Source: Parcubacteria group bacterium GW2011_GWB1_45_10 (GTDB lineage Bacteria; Patescibacteriota; Minisyncoccia; UBA6257; Brennerbacteraceae). Taken from it: a DNA stretch of 43,655 nt. Both the position numbers and the translations under genes were made by a program. The notes beneath the pieces were generated by a model. It saw only the letters and a list, made by a program, of their open reading frames with translations. It was not told the origin of the DNA and made no database searches. Of the stretch, positions 40,087 through 43,655 are shown piece after piece; position 1 is the stretch's first letter; each line of letters opens with the position of its first letter. Where the stretch lies: assembly GCA_001001185.1 (NCBI GenBank), contig LCKC01000001.1, positions 1-43,655 of the forward strand, in the 5' to 3' direction.

Positions 40087-41580
40087 TTAAACAATCACCA
40101 TGCCGATTATTCCCGCCAGCAAAACGTAAATCAGGCAAGGGACAAAGATTTTTTTGATAATTTCGGCTTCTTTGTTTTTCAAGCCGACAACAGTTTCCGC
40201 GGCAAGCATATCCGCCAGAGCAATCATATTGCCAGCCGCGCCGCCGACCAAAGCCAGGGCCAGAATAATCTGCGAGTTCATTGAAAGTTCAAACGCCGCC
40301 TGGGCAAGAAACCCGCCAAACAAAAGATTTGAGATGGTTGCCGAACCTGTCAGAAAACTGCCGAACGCGCCAACAAAAGGCGAAAAAAACGGCAGCCAGC
40401 TGGTTTCAAATGTTTTGGCGACAATCGCGATTAACGACGGCAAACCGGAAAAGTTCTGGCCCGAGTTTATCATCAGCTGGACCATTGCCGACATCGCAAT
40501 AATCACCAAAAACGGCCCGACCGCCTGGCGCAAAGAAAAAACCGCGGTCCGCAAAACCAGCTTTTCAGTTTTACGCCAGGCAGCCACGACCAAGATCCCC
40601 GCCAGAATAAATGCCAGCCCGGGATTGAACGCGCTGATTGAATGATTTATCAAAGGAATTTTAAAAGAAATGCCGCTCAAAAAAATCTTTCCCAGAACCA
40701 AAAGCAGAACCAAAAGCCCGTAAGGGAAAACCGTTTTCCGCAACGACAGCTTGGTTTGAAGTTTTTCTTCCGGCCTGACTGTCATCGCGTTTTTCGGCAC
40801 GAAGATGCCGAGCTTGGTGGAAACAAAAACCAAAAGCACGCCGATAATCGCGCCGATGATTGACGGAAACTCCTGCCCCAAAGGCACAACCAGAATTGAA
40901 GGCAGAACAAACGCCAGCCCGGACCAGATTGCGAACGGCACGGCTTCCCAGAAAAGTTTTTTTCTGTCCTGGCGGTGAGAAACCACGGTCCATAACATAA
41001 ACAGCGGCACAATCAAACCGACAATGTTTATCATTGCGGCGTAAAACGGCACGCTTGAACTTTCCAGCCCGAAAAACCCGATTCTAATCGGCGTCCCGGC
41101 CGCGCCGAAAACCACTGAACTACTGTTGCCGAACAAAGAAACAATCGCCGCGTTCAACGGCGCCAGTCCCAGCCCGACCAAAAGCGGCGCGACAATCGCG
41201 CTCGGCGTGCCGAATCCGGCCGTGCCTTCAATGAAGTTTTCCAAAAACCAGGCGAGCAAAATCACCTGGATGCGGTGGTCTTTGGAAAACGACTCCAGAT
41301 AATAAGAAACCGCTTCAATGACGCCGAATCTTTTTAAAATCTCCAAAAAAAATATCGCCCCGCCCAAAATGACAAAAATATCAAACGCGACAAAAAACCC
41401 TTTCCCTAAAGAAACAAAAGCCGCCTGCGGCACGATCCGCCAGTAAAAAAACGCCAGGGCCAAGGTCAAGCCGAGCGTCACAAACGAAGTTTTCGCCAAC
41501 GCCAGATTTTTTTTCAGCAAAAGGTAAATAAAGACCGCAAACGGCGACAAAGAAACTAAAAATGTCAGTGCCTGAGTCAT
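40087..41580 (-). CDS. lctP: L-lactate/glycolate permease (LctP family)
   Basis: A 497-aa polytopic transporter with LctP-like stretches (FIEGTAGFGTPSAIVAPLLVGLG, GSATISNLLFGGFQ-like). Confidence 0.8.
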   Translation of the reverse strand: MTQALTFLVSLSPFAVFIYLLLKKNLALAKTSFVTLGLTLALAFFYWRIVPQAAFVSLGKGFFVAFDIFVILGGAIFFLEILKRFGVIEAVSYYLESFSKDHRIQVILLAWFLENFIEGTAGFGTPSAIVAPLLVGLGLAPLNAAIVSLFGNSSSVVFGAAGTPIRIGFFGLESSSVPFYAAMINIVGLIVPLFMLWTVVSHRQDRKKLFWEAVPFAIWSGLAFVLPSILVVPLGQEFPSIIGAIIGVLLVFVSTKLGIFVPKNAMTVRPEEKLQTKLSLRKTVFPYGLLVLLLVLGKIFLSGISFKIPLINHSISAFNPGLAFILAGILVVAAWRKTEKLVLRTAVFSLRQAVGPFLVIIAMSAMVQLMINSGQNFSGLPSLIAIVAKTFETSWLPFFSPFVGAFGSFLTGSATISNLLFGGFLAQAAFELSMNSQIILALALVGGAAGNMIALADMLAAETVVGLKNKEAEIIKKIFVPCLIYVLLAGIIGMVIV

Positions 41581-41628
41581 AAAAAGAATTTTAACATGGT
41601 TCGGCCACGCTCACCACGAAAGAAAACT

Positions 41629-42237
41629 TTATTCATTGTCGAGGCTTTGCCACAAAATCCGCGAAGCAAAGCTTTTGTAAGGCGACCATGAAGCAATGAT
41701 TTTTTCGGCCTTTTTTCTTGACGGTTCTTTTTTAAATCGATAAATTTTCATCAAGCCTTTTCTCAAACCCAGATCACCGAAAGAAAAAATGTCTGGCCTG
41801 GCCAGAGTGAACATCAAAAACATCTCACATGTCCACGGACCAATGCCCTTAACAGCAAGTAAACTTTCCCGAACTTCTTCGTCTGTCATCTCGTCAAACT
41901 TTGACAATGGCAGTTTTTTGTCCAGCACGGCTTTGGCAAGATATTTAACATATTTGGCTTTGGCGTTAGACATGCCAACGCCGCGCAGTTTTTTGTGCGG
42001 CATGGCAGCCACTTTTTTAGCCGTCACTTTATTGCCCGGGAAAAGTTTCTTGAATCTGAGAAAAATCACGCTGGCAACCTTTCCCGAAAGTTGCTGACCA
42101 ACGATTTCATAACACAAACGGGAGAAATAATTGCCCGGCCTGTCTTTTTTAATTTCCTCAAGTTTGCCGACTTTCAAAGCCCATTTGTACAGGGTTTTGT
42201 CTTTTTTCTTGAAATGATTGAGGATTTTTCTCTCCAT
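41629..42237 (-). CDS. HhH-GPD DNA glycosylase (AlkA / 3-methyladenine glycosylase II-like)
   Basis: LLAVKGIGPWTCEMFLMF...FSFGDLGLRKG is a helix-hairpin-helix Gly/Pro loop with the catalytic Asp. Confidence 0.75.
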   Translation of the reverse strand: MERKILNHFKKKDKTLYKWALKVGKLEEIKKDRPGNYFSRLCYEIVGQQLSGKVASVIFLRFKKLFPGNKVTAKKVAAMPHKKLRGVGMSNAKAKYVKYLAKAVLDKKLPLSKFDEMTDEEVRESLLAVKGIGPWTCEMFLMFTLARPDIFSFGDLGLRKGLMKIYRFKKEPSRKKAEKIIASWSPYKSFASRILWQSLDNE

Positions 42238-42349
42238 CGTTTAAGTATAGCAAAACACTTCCCTGTTCTTATCTTGTCAAAATAAACTTGATATGTTATT
42301 GTTTAAAAGTTCTCACTCATCTTTGTTTGGGGAAAGGAGGCTAAATCTT

Positions 42350-42841
42350 ATGTCCCCCAAATATCCTCTTGTTGATGTGATTGGCAGCACGTCTGTTGAC
42401 CACCCGGCGTTTCTGGTCCGCACTGGAATGTTTGTCGGCGCTTACAGTCTGTTCAGCGAACAGCTTGGCTGGGCTATTGTCCGCCGGGCTGGCGATATTG
42501 ACAGCCTCGGCTGGCGCGCGATTTTTCTGGAACCAGTTTCCGGCGGCGGCCAGATACAACTCACCGAAGAAGCCAGCCATCCCGATACTCCGGTGATTTT
42601 TCCGGGCGCGCATCTCGGTCTGAAAGTCTTTGACGCCGAAGAAGCCGCGAACGCGCTTAAGAGCTATTATGAGCGCGCTGGCATTGATTGCGAGATCGAG
42701 CCAGCCAACCCGGAAAAAACCAAGTGGTTTGTCCAGATTCCGGAACTCTTCACGTTTTCTCTGGAGTTCGTCTCTGTCGGCGTTGAGCCGTCAGCGCCGC
42801 CCCAAGAAATAAGGGAAAGGCTCTACACCTCACGGCCATAA
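42350..42841 (+). CDS. Hypothetical protein (163 aa)
   Basis: The ATG at 42350 follows AAAGGAGG, and a terminator follows the gene. A possible VOC/glyoxalase-like fold is only a weak impression. Confidence 0.4.
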   Translation: MSPKYPLVDVIGSTSVDHPAFLVRTGMFVGAYSLFSEQLGWAIVRRAGDIDSLGWRAIFLEPVSGGGQIQLTEEASHPDTPVIFPGAHLGLKVFDAEEAANALKSYYERAGIDCEIEPANPEKTKWFVQIPELFTFSLEFVSVGVEPSAPPQEIRERLYTSRP

Positions 42842-42854
42842 CATCAGCATAGAG

Positions 42855-42886
42855 AAAACCGCCCTGATAAAGGGCGGTTTTCGTTT
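42855..42886. terminator. Bidirectional intrinsic terminator (163-aa ORF / NUDIX)
   Basis: aaaaccgccct gataa agggcggtttt. Confidence 0.75.
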
Positions 42887-42889
42887 GGC

Positions 42890-43402
42890 TTACTCCGGTA
42901 AAAAATTCAGAATATTTTTCTTAATAAACTCCGTGGTGCCTCCCCACAAAAGATATTGGCTTAATTCCGAAATCGGAACGAAAATCTGGTTTTTCGTATT
43001 TCCGCCCGGGTCTAAAACAAACTTGTCTTGTTTTGTCATCCGGCAAACAAACCTGATCTGTATTGTGCCTAACACCCACTCGTTTTTTTTGTTCTTATCA
43101 AGCACTTTTTGATAAAAAAACGGCTTTGCTGTTTTTTCGTCAATAACTATGGCCGCTTCTTCGTAAACCTCTCTTTTCAAAGTCTCAAGATAAGTCTCGC
43201 CCGATTCAATGGTCCCGCCCGGCAGATTCCACTTTTTATCTTCCGGACTTACAAGCAAAAGGCGGTTTTGATTGTCCAGCACAAAAGCGTACACCTGCGA
43301 AGCGCCGCTTATGCCGGAAAAATCACTGCTCAAATACAGCTCAAAACGGATTGGTTTTCCTTCCCAGATAATTTCATTAACCAAATCAGGAGATTGGTTC
43401 AT
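42890..43402 (-). CDS. NUDIX hydrolase
   Basis: The Nudix box is GGTIESGETYLETLKREVYEEAAI. Confidence 0.85.
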   Translation of the reverse strand: MNQSPDLVNEIIWEGKPIRFELYLSSDFSGISGASQVYAFVLDNQNRLLLVSPEDKKWNLPGGTIESGETYLETLKREVYEEAAIVIDEKTAKPFFYQKVLDKNKKNEWVLGTIQIRFVCRMTKQDKFVLDPGGNTKNQIFVPISELSQYLLWGGTTEFIKKNILNFLPE

Positions 43403-43409
43403 TGGTTTT

Positions 43410-43655
43410 TTACGCCTTGCCTTTAATCAGCGCCAGTTTGGCTTTCCTTTTCAGGCTTTTAATCTGCGCTTCGCGCTTCAACGCTTTGTTTTTTGTCTGA
43501 AACCGTTCAGAGTAAACAATTTTTCTGGCTTTATGCGAAACCGTGTAGTGCCCGCCTTTTTTGTTTTTGTGCTCCAAAAACCGCCGTTCAAGATTGTTGG
43601 TAATGCCAGTATAAAGGCTTTTGTCCTGGCATTGAAGAATGTAGAGAAAATACAT
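43410..43655 (-). CDS. GIY-YIG nuclease family protein (81 aa; start at window edge)
   Basis: MYFLYILQCQDKSLYTGITNNLERRFLEHKNKKG... is a GIY-YIG core. Its stop lies 7 nt upstream of the NUDIX start codon. Confidence 0.8.
   Translation of the reverse strand: MYFLYILQCQDKSLYTGITNNLERRFLEHKNKKGGHYTVSHKARKIVYSERFQTKNKALKREAQIKSLKRKAKLALIKGKA

Overview
This is about 43.7 kb of a gene-dense, small-genome-style bacterial chromosome, with almost every gene on the minus strand. I found no rRNA, tRNA or CRISPR array.

Housekeeping content:
- A ribosomal/RNAP block: infA-rpmJ-rpsM-rpsK-rpsD-rpoA-rplQ-rplM-rpsI.
- mreB-mreC-mreD-mrdA, lysS, greA, alaS, mnmA and rsgA.
- A carbon set: eno, ppsA, glycerate kinase, gpsA and lctP.
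- A VKOR+DsbA pair and an ECF sigma/anti-sigma pair.

Several features suggest a Candidate Phyla Radiation/Patescibacteria-like organism (inference only): a short divergent enolase, AlaRS without a C-Ala domain, a short L13, small GIY-YIG genes, a CxxC-x17-CxxC zinc ribbon, a sigma-region-4/HARE-HTH protein and frequent absence of Shine-Dalgarno sequences.

Three things stand out:
1. An accessory island lies between alaS and mnmA. It carries an untracked 55-codon Cys-rich peptide gene with its own consensus promoter and strong SD. A GC hairpin and a radical-SAM/SPASM enzyme with an RRE-like N-terminus follow, which is a candidate RiPP locus. A convergent HExxH protein and an upstream promoter-to-terminator structured RNA are also on the island.
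2. A GIY-YIG gene bounded by 13-bp inverted repeats and a TGAA duplication sits exactly on the mreD/mrdA ATGA junction. It borrows the host start codon and ends in an ATGA overlap with mrdA. Two ORF-less miniature derivatives with the same ends sit on the start codons of ppsA and rsgA.
3. A wider population of ~110-147 bp inverted-repeat-bounded intergenic cassettes is present, most abutting start codons. A dense stem-loop array and an in-frame three-hairpin insertion inside mnmA are also present.
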